Shown here: positions 38,513 through 52,000 of the stretch, one piece after another
Numbering within the stretch: position 1 is the stretch's first letter
Layout of the letters: each line of letters begins with the position of its first letter
Assembly: GCA_047967505.1 (NCBI GenBank)
Contig: CM106538.1
Length of the DNA: 64,000 nt
From: Dipteris shenzhenensis
Lineage: Eukaryota
Direction: 5' to 3' (one strand)
The notes under the pieces: model-generated
The model's input: the letters and a program-made list of their open reading frames with translations, nothing else
The model's database searches: none
What the model was told of the DNA's origin: nothing
Translations under genes and position numbers: made by a program

Positions 38513-39823
38513 ACTTTGGATGCCTCAAAATACATGGGAGCCTTGAAGGAACAAAACTTGGGTGCAAAAATCGATGGAGATAATTACAACAACAGTCAAG
38601 TAGAGCCACTGAAATTGGGTGGCTAGACTAACAACCTTGAGGTGAGAATCCCTGACAAGGGGCAAACCATTAAACCAATGGGGAGAACCGCTCATGCCTC
38701 CCTCCCTTGGTGATATGGACAATACCCAGGTATTACCTACCTTTTATGCAAAGCCTTGCACTGAGTCGCTCCCCAAAGCCACATTTGCAAGGAAGAGGCC
38801 ACAATACTCAGTAGACCTGAGTGCTACAAAAAAATCATGAGGAAGGGTCAAACGAGAAACCCATCTCCTGGGGACGACAAGCCTTCTACCATTGTGGCCT
38901 CCGACTGGGAAGAGCCACTTACTTTTGCTCATACTTGAGTGTCCTTTAGAGACACATGGATTCTCCCAAGCCAGTTTCGTGTGTGAAGGAGCTCTACTAC
39001 ATGGTATAGCTCTAGTTGGTCACAATGACCCATTCACGATAATGCGTAGACAAGGCTCACCAAATGCGTGTTTGTTGCACAACCTCACGAATGGGTTGCT
39101 AAAGAGTTTTTGAGGATCGCTTGGTTGCCAGTGGACGTATGATTTTTGTATATCTCTTGTGTGGTTGGCTTGATAGATTTTCGTATGGTTTTCATGTATC
39201 TCTTGTTTGGGTGGCCAGTGAGGAGCCAACCAAGGTCGGGTGGTAAGTCAACACCCCTCCCCGCCACTGGGATGGCAGAGCTACAAGCGTCCATAATGGA
39301 TTGTGACAACATATAGTCACTAGTATTACATGAACTAGATGCAAAATCATTACAGACTATGTAGAACATATAGCTTGTGTTTGTATACACCTCATGGTGC
39401 TCTATGGTACCACAGTAAAAACTATTAGTGTGCAGAGAATCAATGGTTTGGAGCCTTGACTATGTGTTAACACAATGATATACGTGAACAAACTGGAAAT
39501 GTTGCTGGCTAAGTGCGATCCTCCATTAGTTTTGTGCGGGTTTCGATTATGGGTTAGGTGGGAAATGGAATAGTTTATTGTTATGGTGGAGGGACAAGTG
39601 ACATTATATGCTTGGTTGATTCTTAATAGAACAATGTTGGATTGCTATATAGTTGCTTGCCCTAAGAAATGGCCTTTATAGTTGATATGGTGTGACTTTG
39701 AGGATAGAACTTTGAAATGGGAGAAAAAAACAAGAATATATAATGGGAGATTCATTGATAACTACAAACACTAGCAGTCCCTTGAAAACTTAGAAAGTTA
39801 GTAGGACCTTATGTAAATCTTCA
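38513..39823 (+). mobile_element. PLE copy 2, right part (3'-truncated; lacks about 11777-12490 of copy 1)
   Basis: Colinear with 9189-9419, 10402-10511, 11240-11776 and 12491-12915. Confidence 0.8.
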
Positions 39824-39829
39824 GGAAAA

Positions 39830-41150
39830 AGATATTTTTTTCATCTTCGGACAAGTATTGGCAAATTATGTGTAGAGTTTCGGCCCCTATGGAACATTCC
39901 CATTTGATGTTTGGATGAGCTGATATGATCCTGAGTTGGAGTTGCTTCCATTGGATAAGCACTCGTGCTTTTAGGTGATCTTTCGCTTGTAGAGTGAGCA
40001 CAAGCTCTTGGTACACCACCGTTGTGCATTGTAGTGGGACTTCATTGGTGATGTTTTACACTAGCAATTGTAGTTCAAGCTTGGAGATGACTATCTTTTG
40101 GGATTGCATCTCATCCATTTTTCCTTATACTTATGGTAGATGGATGTATATGCCTCCTTAAGCTTTTTCATTCGCAAGGTGACTTGTGCTTGTTGAGGAA
40201 TGACTTCAGTGGTATTGGACAATTGGTCCAAGACTTGTGCTTGAGAATTGTTGGCCTCTTTAGCGGTAGCAAGTTGGTTCTCTAGATTTGGCAGTCCCTT
40301 GTAAGCTCTTCGATGCTAAATGGGCGCATTGCCAAAGACTGTTGCATGTCTTATAGCTTTTCTTGGCAATCCTGGAGCTCTTTTTCTTTTTGGATTAGAG
40401 TGCATCGAGCTTGTGCCAGTTCCTCCATCTGCTGAGCATGTGTTGACATCAAGTAATCATAAAAGGTCTGTAGGATTGCCGTAGCTTGTACTACTACTAT
40501 CAGTTGTATTTGGCTTTGGTGGAGGTTGGAGTTCACATCCCTCACTGCCTTCTCTTGAGCTTGGGCAGCTTGGTTCATGCACACTTCTTCAACCTCTTTC
40601 TCATCTATTTGTGCCCGAAGTGCCCTGACCTCTATGGCGGTTCCATGGAATTGGTCTTCGATGGCTACTATAGCCTCTCTTTCCAATTCTCATGCATGTT
40701 CCTCCTTGGCCAAGCTAGTGAATAGTTTTGAAATTTGAAGCATTTGGCTAGCTTGATGATGGTGAATGACAGACGGTGATGAGGATTGGTGATATTGTTA
40801 ATATAATTGGTGCCCATGTAGCCATCCTGATGATTCCATAGTACTTGTTAGGGGTTGTTCCAATGGAAAGTTAGTCACTTGGATACAGTGGTTGTATTGT
40901 TGATCTAGCACTAGCTCTCCATGTGGGTCATTGACTGGCATGGCATTGATGGGTGGTCTCGTGGGGCAATTCCTCAATTCCAACCTCCAGAATAGGCATT
41001 TCTTATGAGGTATCCGCATTTGCCAATGTGATAGTAGGAGAAGATGGTGACAACTCCCATGCTGGTGAGAAGGGAATGTACAACTCCTTAATAGGTTTTA
41101 GTGTGACTGAGGTAGAGTCATTTCTCGTTCTTGTAGCTCTTTATTGATGA
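39830..41150 (-). pseudogene. Degenerate coiled-coil-encoding ORF of unknown, probably TE-accessory, origin
   Basis: ORF 40351-40686 is E/Q/K/A-rich with heptad character. Neighbouring fragments are co-oriented. Confidence 0.4.
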
Positions 41151-43479
41151 TTATAGCCAATAAGTGTGGAATTTTACATTTCTGGCAGTGATACATGTCA
41201 GCAGAATTGGATATCCCAAACAAGTGCAATGTGGCCTAAAATGGTTTAAAACACTAATAGGCCAAAGGGCATGCTATTGGGTTTGATGATATGCATTATG
41301 AAATGAAATGACCTTTGGCATGCTTATGAGCATAAGCAAGCGAATGCATGGAAAAAGAAACAATTCAAAATTGTAAATAGGATTGGATTTATTAAAAGTT
41401 CTTTGCACATGCACAAATTGCACACTTCAACTTCTTCCATTCTAGGGTAAATCTATATACCAATATCAACAACTATTAATGTTTTAAGACCACCATGCAG
41501 TAGTCCCACTAGTTTGGATTCCAAATTTTCAATCCGTTTTGGTTTTCAACAAATCAAAACAACGTTATGGAGTGTGCTCTCAAATGGGTGTGCATCACTT
41601 AGCACAACATCAGAGGCTGTTAACCCATACCTAATGTTCTCATTTATGTGTGTCCTTGGATTGAGGAGAAAATCATGTAGTATACTTTTGAATAATCACT
41701 TGGTTGCATGTATATACAGAATAAAATTTTGATGTTTTGGAATAAATTGCTATTTCCTATACTCTTCAGGATGCATGCTTCACATGTAACATAGCACTTA
41801 TAATGCTTTAACGATCTTGTTCTAGATCATTATTCCATAATTTTTTAGTCTCATGTTCAAGTTTGGAATGTGTATTACAACTTGAAGACAAAGTTTGGAG
41901 AATTCCATTGAGCAATGCATAAGTTATGGGTCATGCAAGACACCTAGATATAAAAAATTCCTTGAACCTCAGCAAAAATGGCTACGCCCAAGCAAACAAT
42001 GACCCTACGAGCCACACCCTATCAAAGGGATTTGTATAGAAGGGAGTGAATGTGAGATAGTAGATAGGGTTGTGCTTATTGCTATTGTAGTGGGTGCATG
42101 TGCTGTGTTCAACCATCAAGCTAATTGTATTGCCATTGCATAAAAGACTTTCTATGTAAGCTTTCAATTAATTCATTGACTTGAGAAACTCTCTCTCTTC
42201 CCATTTGTTTTGAGAAATTATCTTATTTACTTGTCTTGCATTTGGCTATTTGTCTAATCATTGCAACCATCTTAGCACATGCTTCCATTGAATGCAAAAT
42301 TCTTTTGGTAGTTTGGAAATAGAAATCGACCTTGCAACACTTAAGACACAAATGCAGATGACAAATGCATGACCAAATAAACAAATTAGCATGTTGACCA
42401 CCACCATTTGTAGCTAAAACTCCTTACATTATTACATAAAATGGGCAAACGACTATGTAATATCCTCCAATGAGTCTATGTCTTTGCTCCCATACTATTT
42501 TATAAAATAGATTTCTTCAACCTATAGTTGCTCCATTTCATTGCTTGTAAATGTGTCACTTCTTCCTTTGGAAGGCGCCAACAATCACTTAGCACACAAT
42601 GTACAATGACAACACTTATTTCATTAATTTTGGACTTGTTAATGTACAAATCCATTTTATATATACTTTTGGACTAGTTTTTGGATAAAAATTAAGAAAA
42701 CACACTCTTCAAAGCACAATGAAAACATAAAAACAAGCCATTTTTTAGAGAATTTTGAAGGAAATGAAAATCAAAATTATAAAATTTAATGTGACACAAA
42801 TAAATTACACCAAAAGATAAGAAGCACTTGTAAACTCTCGTAATATATATAATGGTGTTAACAAACACCTTCAAACTAGTTACAATAAGCCTCTCATTGG
42901 AAGGCAAATATTAGTTACAATAAGCAAACCCTTATAATATATATAATGGTGTTAACAAACAACTTCTTACTGTAAGAGGCCTCTCATTGAAAGGCATTAA
43001 TATTTGCCATTTCAATCCGAGATATCCAAGATTCAACCGTTTCCTGTGCTGAGACAATCTCATCATGATCAATGTAGTTAAAACTACAAAAAAGAGAAGT
43101 AAGGAATTATAAAATTTTCCTTGGATAGCACTTTCTTGATTCCGTATGGCTTGCGCTTCACTGGGTGAAAATCTACCATAACGAGTGCTCTGCAAAGTAA
43201 CCTCACTTAGAAAGTCTGTTAGCTCTCTCCTATATGAAAGTAATCTATTTATTTCACTAGTAGACCTACTTATTTTTTATCTTTTATCTCTCCTCCTTCT
43301 CTAAGCGCTTCTGAAGAGAAAACTCCTCCTTCTCCTCGTGGGTTAATGGAGCTCTTTGTCTTTTTCTTTGCTTTTTGTTCACCTTGTTCTTAGCAATCGA
43401 TTCTTTAATGGTGCTGATGGCTTTCTCCACAGAATTGATGACTTCAAAAAGATCCATGAAAAAGAGGAAAGAAGGAACC

Positions 43480-43912
43480 AAGAGTGTGAGATAAGGGTAA
43501 GGAGAATGACGGAAGAAGGAACTGAGAGTGTGAGAGTAAGGCAATGGAAGCAAAAGAGAGAGTGTGAGAGTAAGGAGAAGGAAGCAAAAGAGAGAGATGA
43601 GAGTAAGGCAAAGGAGAATGGTGGAAGATCAAAGTGAGAGATGAGAGTAAGGTGAAGAATGGTGGAAGATCAAACTGAGAGTGTGAGAGTAAGATGAAGT
43701 AAAAGAGCGAGAGTAAGGCCGAGGATAGGAGAAAGGCGAAAGAAGACGGTGAGAGTCTGAGGGTGAAGGAAGCAAAAAAGTGAGAGTAAGGCCGAGGATA
43801 GGAGAAAGGTGAAAGAAGGAGTTGAGAGTCTGAGGGTAAGGGAAAGGAAGAAAAGAAGTGAGAGTAAGGCTGAGGATAGGAGAAAGGCGAGCTGAGAGTG
43901 TGAGAGTAAGGC
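43480..43912. repeat. Purine-rich minisatellite built on (TGAGAGTG)TGAGAGTAAGG
   Basis: About a dozen GAGAGTAAGG/GAGGGTAAGG cores with variable spacers. Confidence 0.85.
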
Positions 43913-44439
43913 ATGTTAAAGAGAGGAATTTAAGGGTTCTAGAGTGCACGCCATAATGTGAGATGAAAGGTAATTACAAATATAGTGATTGAAGTTAAAG
44001 GTTACTGAAAAAGTGAGTGAGGTGAAAGATTACGAGTGTGAAGTGACATGTGAAGAATCATAATGGCTGATAATGAGTGAGTGAGGTGAAAGATTACGAA
44101 TAAAGTGAGTTGAAGATTTGAAATAAAGATTTAGAGAATGCTCTACTAGATAGTGTGAAGTGACATGTGAAGAATCATAATGTGTGATAATGCTCATGAG
44201 AAAGGTTTACATTTTGCTATAATGACGGCATGATAACGCTCTGCTATAAACTATGAAGTGACAAGTGTAGAACCGTAACTTGAGCGAGGAAGTGCTTTTG
44301 CTATGATGAGGATGGGAGAACTCTCCACTTGACAATGTGGAGTGAAAGATAAAGAATCATGATGCAAGTATAGATTTCCATTTGACGTATAGCTGACCCT
44401 TGAACCAATCTTAGATCCCCCCACACAAAGATGGCTTTA

Positions 44440-46200
44440 CTTTCATCCTACGTTCGAGCATCAAAACATCATTCCTTACCATCTAGTATTGTTGCTATTG
44501 TGGGGAGCCCACATGAACATACAACACGTGATGAACTCTCTGATATCAGACTAACTTCTCAAATATGCAATGAAGGCAGAGCCCATGGAAAAATTAAACA
44601 TTCGACCAGAGGATGCAGCAAGATTGGAGTTCCAGAATCTCGACACTTTAAAATTGAAACTCATGGCAACAACTCTCCTATCAGAACAAGTGTCACCGAC
44701 AGAAGTTGTGCTCAAATGCTTGCAGATCCTAGTAATCACAAGGAGCGAGTGTGTTACTATGTTGACTCATCTCCTCCTACATTGCGTTAACAAATGATCT
44801 CAAGAAACCACAACGTCGTCATCCATCTGGTCGGTTGCTATTGTGGAAGGCCTATATGCCTTGAGGATACCACATTCTATGAGTATCACAGAACATACGT
44901 CACCCATAAGGCAAAACAAAACATCCATAACAAAAATCAAGAACGATGTTTTCGCGGTAATCATGTGGTGAAGAACAGCAGGGTCATTAGATTCATGGAA
45001 TACCACCCTGGTCATCAGCCCAAAGGGTTCTTATATAATGTGCTTTTGCAGAGAATGAGCTTCCAAAAGGAGGGCGATCTTATATTGATAAACAACACTA
45101 CAAAGCCATACTTTGTAAAATGCCAGATACATGGCCTTGTGTTGAATAACGATGACCTCGAAATGTATGTCACAGAGTACACACAATGAAACCTGCTTAC
45201 AACTAATCATATAGACCAACTCATCAATATGATTTTACATAAATTCACATTCTTTTGACACAATCCATTGGAGACACCAGTTGTTGATGACCAATGACTT
45301 TTTGAGAGTCGGACAAGACTAAAAATGCTACAAATCTTGCACGAGTTTAAGACGATCACCAATGCAACACTTATTATCAAGCAAGATTCGATCTGTAGGA
45401 AACTCGTAGCATCAAAGGTAGGATTTCACATCATCACTGGAACTCTAGGAATCGGAAAGACCTTTCTCATAAAGTACTACATCTTGTATCTAATCTCACA
45501 AAACAAGATAGTCCTATTGATCGTGTCAACTGGAGTAGCCGCGACATGATTGCATTATCAATGAAGAAGAAGCTCTTTGATTAGCTCTTTGATTCATCGA
45601 TAGAAGAACCACCATTATATGCACGCACAGAGTGGACATGCACACATACAACAAGCTATTGATTGAAAATTTTCATTTGCTAGAGTCAGTTGTTCATATA
45701 CCTCTTCACACGAACATGGCCGATGAACCAACAATTCATGAATGGATTAACAATGGCACTTTCAATGAGATAAAAAAAATTAGCATCGGATCAAGGGTGA
45801 TGATGATAGAAAACATTGACTTCACCATTGGTGCAGCAAACGGAGCAACATGTGAGATCCATGAACTTAGTACATCTGGAATGGGCAACAAAATTGGGAT
45901 TACTGTCATCATCGATCCAACTAGAGGAAAATTACGATATGCCATCCCAAACATCAGAGAAAGGCGGTCAATGGCAAATGGTACCACAAATCGACATTTT
46001 CTTTGGTACTCACATATGCAATAATGGGTCATAAATCACAAGGTGCAACAATCTCAAACAAAGTGTTGCTCATTTTTAGTGAAAGCATTTACACCCAGCC
46101 TTGGATACGTGATGCTATGTCGTGGAACCGAGAGATCAAAGCTACGAATCCTTGGACTTCCAGATCCAGACTTCTTCACCTCGATGTCGCTAGATATTCT
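44440..46200 (+). pseudogene. Helitron Rep-helicase (Helitron2/Helentron-like), degenerate and internally deleted
   Basis: Rep catalytic region PYHLVLLLLWGAHMNIQHV...*LLKYAMKAEP (44474-44585). YCGRP..LE motif. PIF1 motifs ITGTLGIGKT, VSTGVAA, GSRVMMIENID...NG and LTYAIMGHKSQGATI. Confidence 0.87.
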
Positions 46201-47319
46201 ACAACAGTTATTTTCATGACAAATTAGGCATTCAGATTTGCACTGTAGAACATGTATATATCTCTCCACCAGTATGCTACCCTCGAACATAATATTTTCA
46301 TTCTTGTTTCTTGCATCTTTTATTCTATAGGATTCAGTTGCAGATCAAAAGGTGTAAACAAAAAGCACAAATGGATACAAACAAGGTACAAATTACCAAA
46401 CCACGAAATAAAATAAAATGAAATTCTTCTCTTGTAACTTCGCTCCTATACTTATGATTACACTTTGTTGTAGTCGTTCAAGATGTACAAAAAGAATGCA
46501 AAAACAAGCTCACCCATGGTAGCCAGGAGAACACAAGACTTGACAACAAACCAAATGCAATTGGCCAATGTTATAGGCGACTGCCCAGCTATGTACATCA
46601 ATGGATCTAGCAATTACAGGGACCTTTGTGAGCATATGGGCAATTGCAACGACCAACAGTTAGCCAGATAGGAATCAAAAGGCAATAGATACACAAACGG
46701 TATGTTCCACTTTCCATTTCAAACATAGATTGCTTATATTCATTATCATAAATCTTAGTACCCACCATAGAAACAAACACTACACAATCGATTTGAACAC
46801 ACACTATGATTGTAACAGGCCTTTTGAAAGAGATACTTTATGAGCTTGACATTCACTTCGACGAGTTGAAGGCACCGCTTGATTACATCGAGGCTCAAAA
46901 ACTACTGGATTCAAAAACAAAGGGGATATCTACATATGCTTATGAGCTACTATGATTTGGATACAATGTGTCTTTGGATTTGTTGATGGACACAACAAGG
47001 CAAGGCAATGCAATGTTAGAATAGTTCATGAAACAATATGGGCATACACACAATGCCACGAACCCGCCTATTACAATCAAGAAGGCCACTTACTTTTTCA
47101 ACAAGATAATTTATGATCAAAGATTCAGTGTAGATACAGATCCATACAAACCTTCGGAAGCAAACCATGGCAAGTAAATGAAAACTATCGCTTTTTCCAC
47201 AATCCGTACTTACTTAATGCCTTACTCATGCATGCTTCTCCTATTTTCTGCACAGACAAAACAAACTTGGAGAGCAACATTGACAGAGCAAAGAAGAGCC
47301 AGCAACAAAGTGCCAATGC

Positions 47320-47657
47320 AAACAAACGAACAGAAGCACATAGTTTATAGCATTATGTGCATTCTGACTGGTAGACAATATATAGGACACATGACAAACC
47401 TCTCCAGGAGGATTGCCTAACATAGGAGGAACCCACTGACAAAAATGGTGAGAAATTTTGCTACTCATCAACTGTTCAATGAGAATTTTGAAGTGAGAAT
47501 TCTGGAAACTTCTGATAACGTAGACAAATCTCGCAAACTAGAACATTATTACATTAAAAAAAACAATGCCACTAGACCATTAGGATACAGTAATCTTGAT
47601 GGTCATCTTGCACAATCTCGAAAGTATTATTTTTTGAAAAGAAGAAAACTACTATAA
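47320..47657 (+). pseudogene. GIY-YIG endonuclease domain (one in-frame stop)
   Basis: IVYSIMCILTGRQYIGHMTNLSRRIA*H...RILE...RKLEHYYIKKNNATRPLGYSN. This shows VY-x10-YIG, the conserved R and E, and a P.GY(N)-like terminal motif. Confidence 0.85.
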
Positions 47658-48084
47658 ATAAAAGGTCCATCTTTTTTGGAAACTGTCGCATCGTAATTCT
47701 GCATTGCTTGAGTTCTATAATTTAAACACCGCTTATCTCTTCGCGACGTTGTCTATAGTTTCTCAATTAGAATAGCCATAACTTGCCATGATAAAGTTCT
47801 TTATCACTTAACCATCCTAGCAAAAGGGTTTTGTGTCATTCAAGTTCTACAGTTTCAAGCACATTTAACTCTTCATGTCAAAACTAACGGGTCCAATACC
47901 CTACATCTCCCATAAATTTGTTACAAGTGCTTTCATGTATCGTACTTACAACATCCACATCTATCCGTACTTTAGCTCATTATCCCTTACTTGATCATTC
48001 TAGCCAAGCACACTCGTTTAGAAATTAGCATTTTGATTTTTATGATTGGGCCAAGTTGCACTTGTATCCCATCTTTTTCTCCCC

Positions 48085-48216
48085 CTTTCTCTCTCTCTTC
48101 CTTCTTCTCTCTCTTTCTCTTGCTATTTGCATCCTATCTTTTTCTCTCCCCCCCACCTCCCCCTCCCCCCCCCCTCTCTCTCTCTCTCCTCTCTCTCTCT
48201 CCCTCTCTGCCTCCCT

Positions 48217-48277
<61 letters not shown>

Positions 48278-48290
48278 TCCTTCTTCTTTT

Positions 48291-48338
<48 letters not shown>
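48085..48338. repeat. (CT)n / pyrimidine-rich microsatellite
   Basis: Directly visible. Confidence 0.96.
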
Positions 48339-48342
<4 letters not shown>

Positions 48343-51300
48343 GGCAGGCCACATGAATAAAATTCATCTTGTTGTACATATGCATGCACATTTTCTAGGA
48401 TGCCATTCGCCATAGAAGGAGTAACTTCAGACCCATCCTCTTCTACCTTCCCCCATTTATGCACCTAAGCCTTTGAGAGATCTCAACAATAGAAGTGGAA
48501 TGGAAGAAGGTAAGAGAGACAGGGAACACCCCAATCTTCTATGTCATCCATATATATATGTGTTTGAGTATTGTACATAACCAGGGTTAAGATACAGTGG
48601 CTTTTGATCCCCACAACCTCCCACTTAAAGGCCAATGTGCCTATAAGGGAGAACAACCAAAGAGCATACTATCCAATGCCCATCAATACACGACAATACT
48701 CAAATTGTTGACTAGGTAGACTCTTTGTCAGCATATCTGCAGGGTTATCATCTGTATGAACCTTGACAAGCTCTATGCGCTTGTCCTCAAGTACCTCCCT
48801 AATAAAATGGTACCTGACCTCAATGTGTTTGGTCTTTGCATGAAATACTAGATTTCGTGCTAGCTGAATAGCACTCATGGAATCACTATGTAATGTCAGT
48901 ACACCTATATGAATCCCCAAATCTCTCAATAGCCAATCAAGCCATATATCCTCCTTGCAACCCTGTGTGGCTGCAACATACTCATCCTCTGTGGTAGACA
49001 AAGCAATGCACTTGTGTGCATGAGCCATCCACGACACTGCACCACCTGCAGATGAACACATAACCAAAAGTGGATCTCCTATTATCCACATCCTGCATAG
49101 TCTGAATCTGTGTACCCAAATACATGCATCTCTCCTCTACCAAAGAAGATACACACCTCCTTGTTATGCTTCATGTACCTCATGATGCACTTAACTGGCT
49201 CCCAATGCCTCTTTCTTAGATTAGCCATATACCGACTAACAACTCCCACTTCAAATGCAATGTCTGGTCTAGTAGCTATCATGAATAGCATACATAAGAC
49301 TCCCAACCGCTGATGCATAAGGAACCTTGGCCATCATGGCCCTCTCCTCATCTGTGGGACTATCTATCTAACTCAGTTTCACATATGGAGGCAATGGAGT
49401 ACTTACTACCTTCCCCCCCTCCATATTGAAACGCTGCAACACTTTTGTAACATACTCCTTTTGTGATAGCCAAAGGAATTTCCTACTCCGGTCATGCGTG
49501 ATGCGCATACCAAGAGTATGACCTGTAGGTCCCAAATCCTTCATGTCAAAGGCCTCATGCAACTTGGCCTTCAATGCATCAAGCTCATAAGTGTTTTTGC
49601 TAGCCAATAAGATATCATCCACATAAAGTGCCAGTAGTATCAGGCTATTATCCTTAGCCCTTTTAGTGTAGAGGTAGTGATCAATCTCACTTCTTTTGAA
49701 ACCCTGGGACCAAATGAAAGCATCAAACTTGTGATACCATTCTCTAGGTGCTTGCTTAAGTCCATAGAGACTCTTTTTTAGCTTGCAAACTGAATGCTCT
49801 TTGCCCTTTTCTTCAAAGCCTTCCGGCTGTACCATGTAAATTTCCTCATGCAAATCCCCATGCAAGAAAGTTGTCTTGACATCCATCTACATAAGCTCCA
49901 TATCCTCTATTGCCACAAGTCCAAGTACACATCTAAGTGTGGTCATCTTCACAACTGGAGAGAATATCTCATCAAAGTCCACACCCTTCTCTTGCTTGAA
50001 CCCTTTAACAACTAGATGGGCCTTGTACTTAAGCACATCATCACTTGTGACCTTCATCTTGTAGACCCATTTACATGTCAATGCTTTCTTTCCATGTGGC
50101 AAAGAAACCAAATGCCAAGTCTTATTCTTTATGAGTGAACTCATCTCTGATTGCATAGCATACTCCCCCTTGGGCTGATCCTTGCGCATCATAGCCACAA
50201 GAAGGCTCCCTGCAATCAGTAAGCATCACATAGTCTACCCCTAGAACAAATCTCTCAGGTGGTCTAGACACTCTAGATGTTCTTCTCAAGGGCATTTCAG
50301 CTTGCTGTCCCACCTACATATCAGCCACATTTGGCTCATCATTGCCACCAATAGATGATCCATCATCTGCCCTTGATTGTGTACCTATGGGAGTACCTAG
50401 TAGCACCATTCCCTACACATTTGGTGCATGGACAGTTTGCTATCTATCAATATATGTGGGTGGATTCACATCTTGGAAAGTGATTCTCCTCATTTCCACA
50501 TCCCTCATGGGTGTCTTATGCATCTTGTTCTCATTGAATACCACATCATGGCTTCGTATGATTTTCTTTGCTTTTGGATCCCAGAGACGATAGCCCATCT
50601 CTCTACTTTCACCATAACCCAGAAAGATACATTTCTTAGACTTAGGATGTAGCTTCTTTCGAAGCTCTTTTGGCACATGTGCATATACCTCACACCCAAA
50701 TATACGTAAATGAGAGTAAGAGGGCTTCTTGCCACTCCGTGCTTCTTCAGGAATACCACCATCCAAGCTCTTGCTATGATCATGCATTGCAGTCTTCATT
50801 GCCTCACCCAAAAACCACCAGAAAGACTTGCATTGGAAAGCATACATTTGCAGCCTTTCCTGAATGGTGCGGTTCATCTATTCTGTAACTGGATTCTGCT
50901 CTAGAAAGCATACATTACAACTTTTCCTGAATGGTGCAGTTCATCTATTTTATTCTGCTTTGGTGGAGTATGAGGGGATGTGAGCTCCCTCTTGATACCA
51001 CGTGTATCACATGAATGCTAAAAGTCATGAGAGATATACACTCCACCATTATCAATCCATAGCACTCTACCTGACTGATTTTCAGCCAAAGCCAACCATT
51101 TTTGAAATACCTGGAACACGTCGCATTTTTGAGCTATGGCATAAGCCACACTTTCCTAGTTGCATCATCAATGAATGTCACATAGTATTCAGCCCCACCT
51201 AATGACCGTGTAGGCATGGGACCACATACTTTTGAATGCACTAGATCGAGCTTTTTAAGCTCTTTCTTTTCCCTTCTTTTATGGGTTGATTTAGTCTACT

Positions 51301-52000
51301 TCCCATAGAGACAGTGCTCACAAAATTCAAAATAAAAAAAACTCAAATGCAGTACATAACCCAAATGGCATAAGAGTTTCATTCCATTCAAGCTCATGTG
51401 CCCCAACTAGCAATGCCACAAAGAAGTACTTGGTCGCTCTATTATTGCAACAACATGATCAGACACCTCTGATACATGTAAAGGATACAATGTCCTACAA
51501 TTGGCACCCCTTGCCAAAACCATAGAGCCCTTTTGAATTTTTCAACTCTGAAAGCCAAATGTGGTCTAAAACTAGCATCATCTAGCTGACCTGCTGAAAT
51601 AAGACTCTTGGTCAGCTTAGGCAGATGCCCACATTGACAAAACAATTACAAATATAATGCCAATAAGATCTAAATGCCTCAAGCATAAACACCGTCCATG
51701 GGCATAAGCATCAATAATGTCTCATCCAAGAGATCAGGGCATAACCTGTGCATCCATTGCAATATTTTAAAGCTATCCCTCAGCATAAAATAACATCTGT
51801 GTGCTAAATGTCCATCAATAAAGCATCCCACAGGGCAATCTGGGCTTATCAACGCATCCAAAAAGGATCTCAATGCATCCAAATGGCCTATAAAGCATTC
51901 ACTACAACCCAATGCAAGTCACAAATGAGTGCACATGGCTCAAACTACAATCAAAGTGATTTGCATAAGGTATATCTAAGAAATCATAGCCCCACGGCAA
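48339..52000 (-). mobile_element. Ty1/copia element D (3' LTR about 48339-48615, PPT, RH-RT-IN; 5' end not resolved)
   Basis: RNase H (ALSTTEDEY, KHIEVRYHFIRE). RT (MDVKTTFLHGDL, LYVDD). IN (LRIFGCEVY). PPT AAGTGGGAGG at 48617-48626 before TGTGGGGATC. Confidence 0.9.

Noticed and set aside
41300-42500. Possible minus-strand SWIM/MULE transposase remnant (LKCAICTCAK...HKH)
   Set aside because: Only a CxC-like fragment was seen, with no DDE motif or termini; too weak to call.
45325-46227. Host PIF1 helicase gene
   Set aside because: It is preceded by a Helitron Rep motif and is heavily disrupted.
47320-47657. GIY-YIG as the missing endonuclease of the PLE
   Set aside because: It lies about 30 kb from the RT, outside both PLE copies, and directly downstream of the Helitron helicase.
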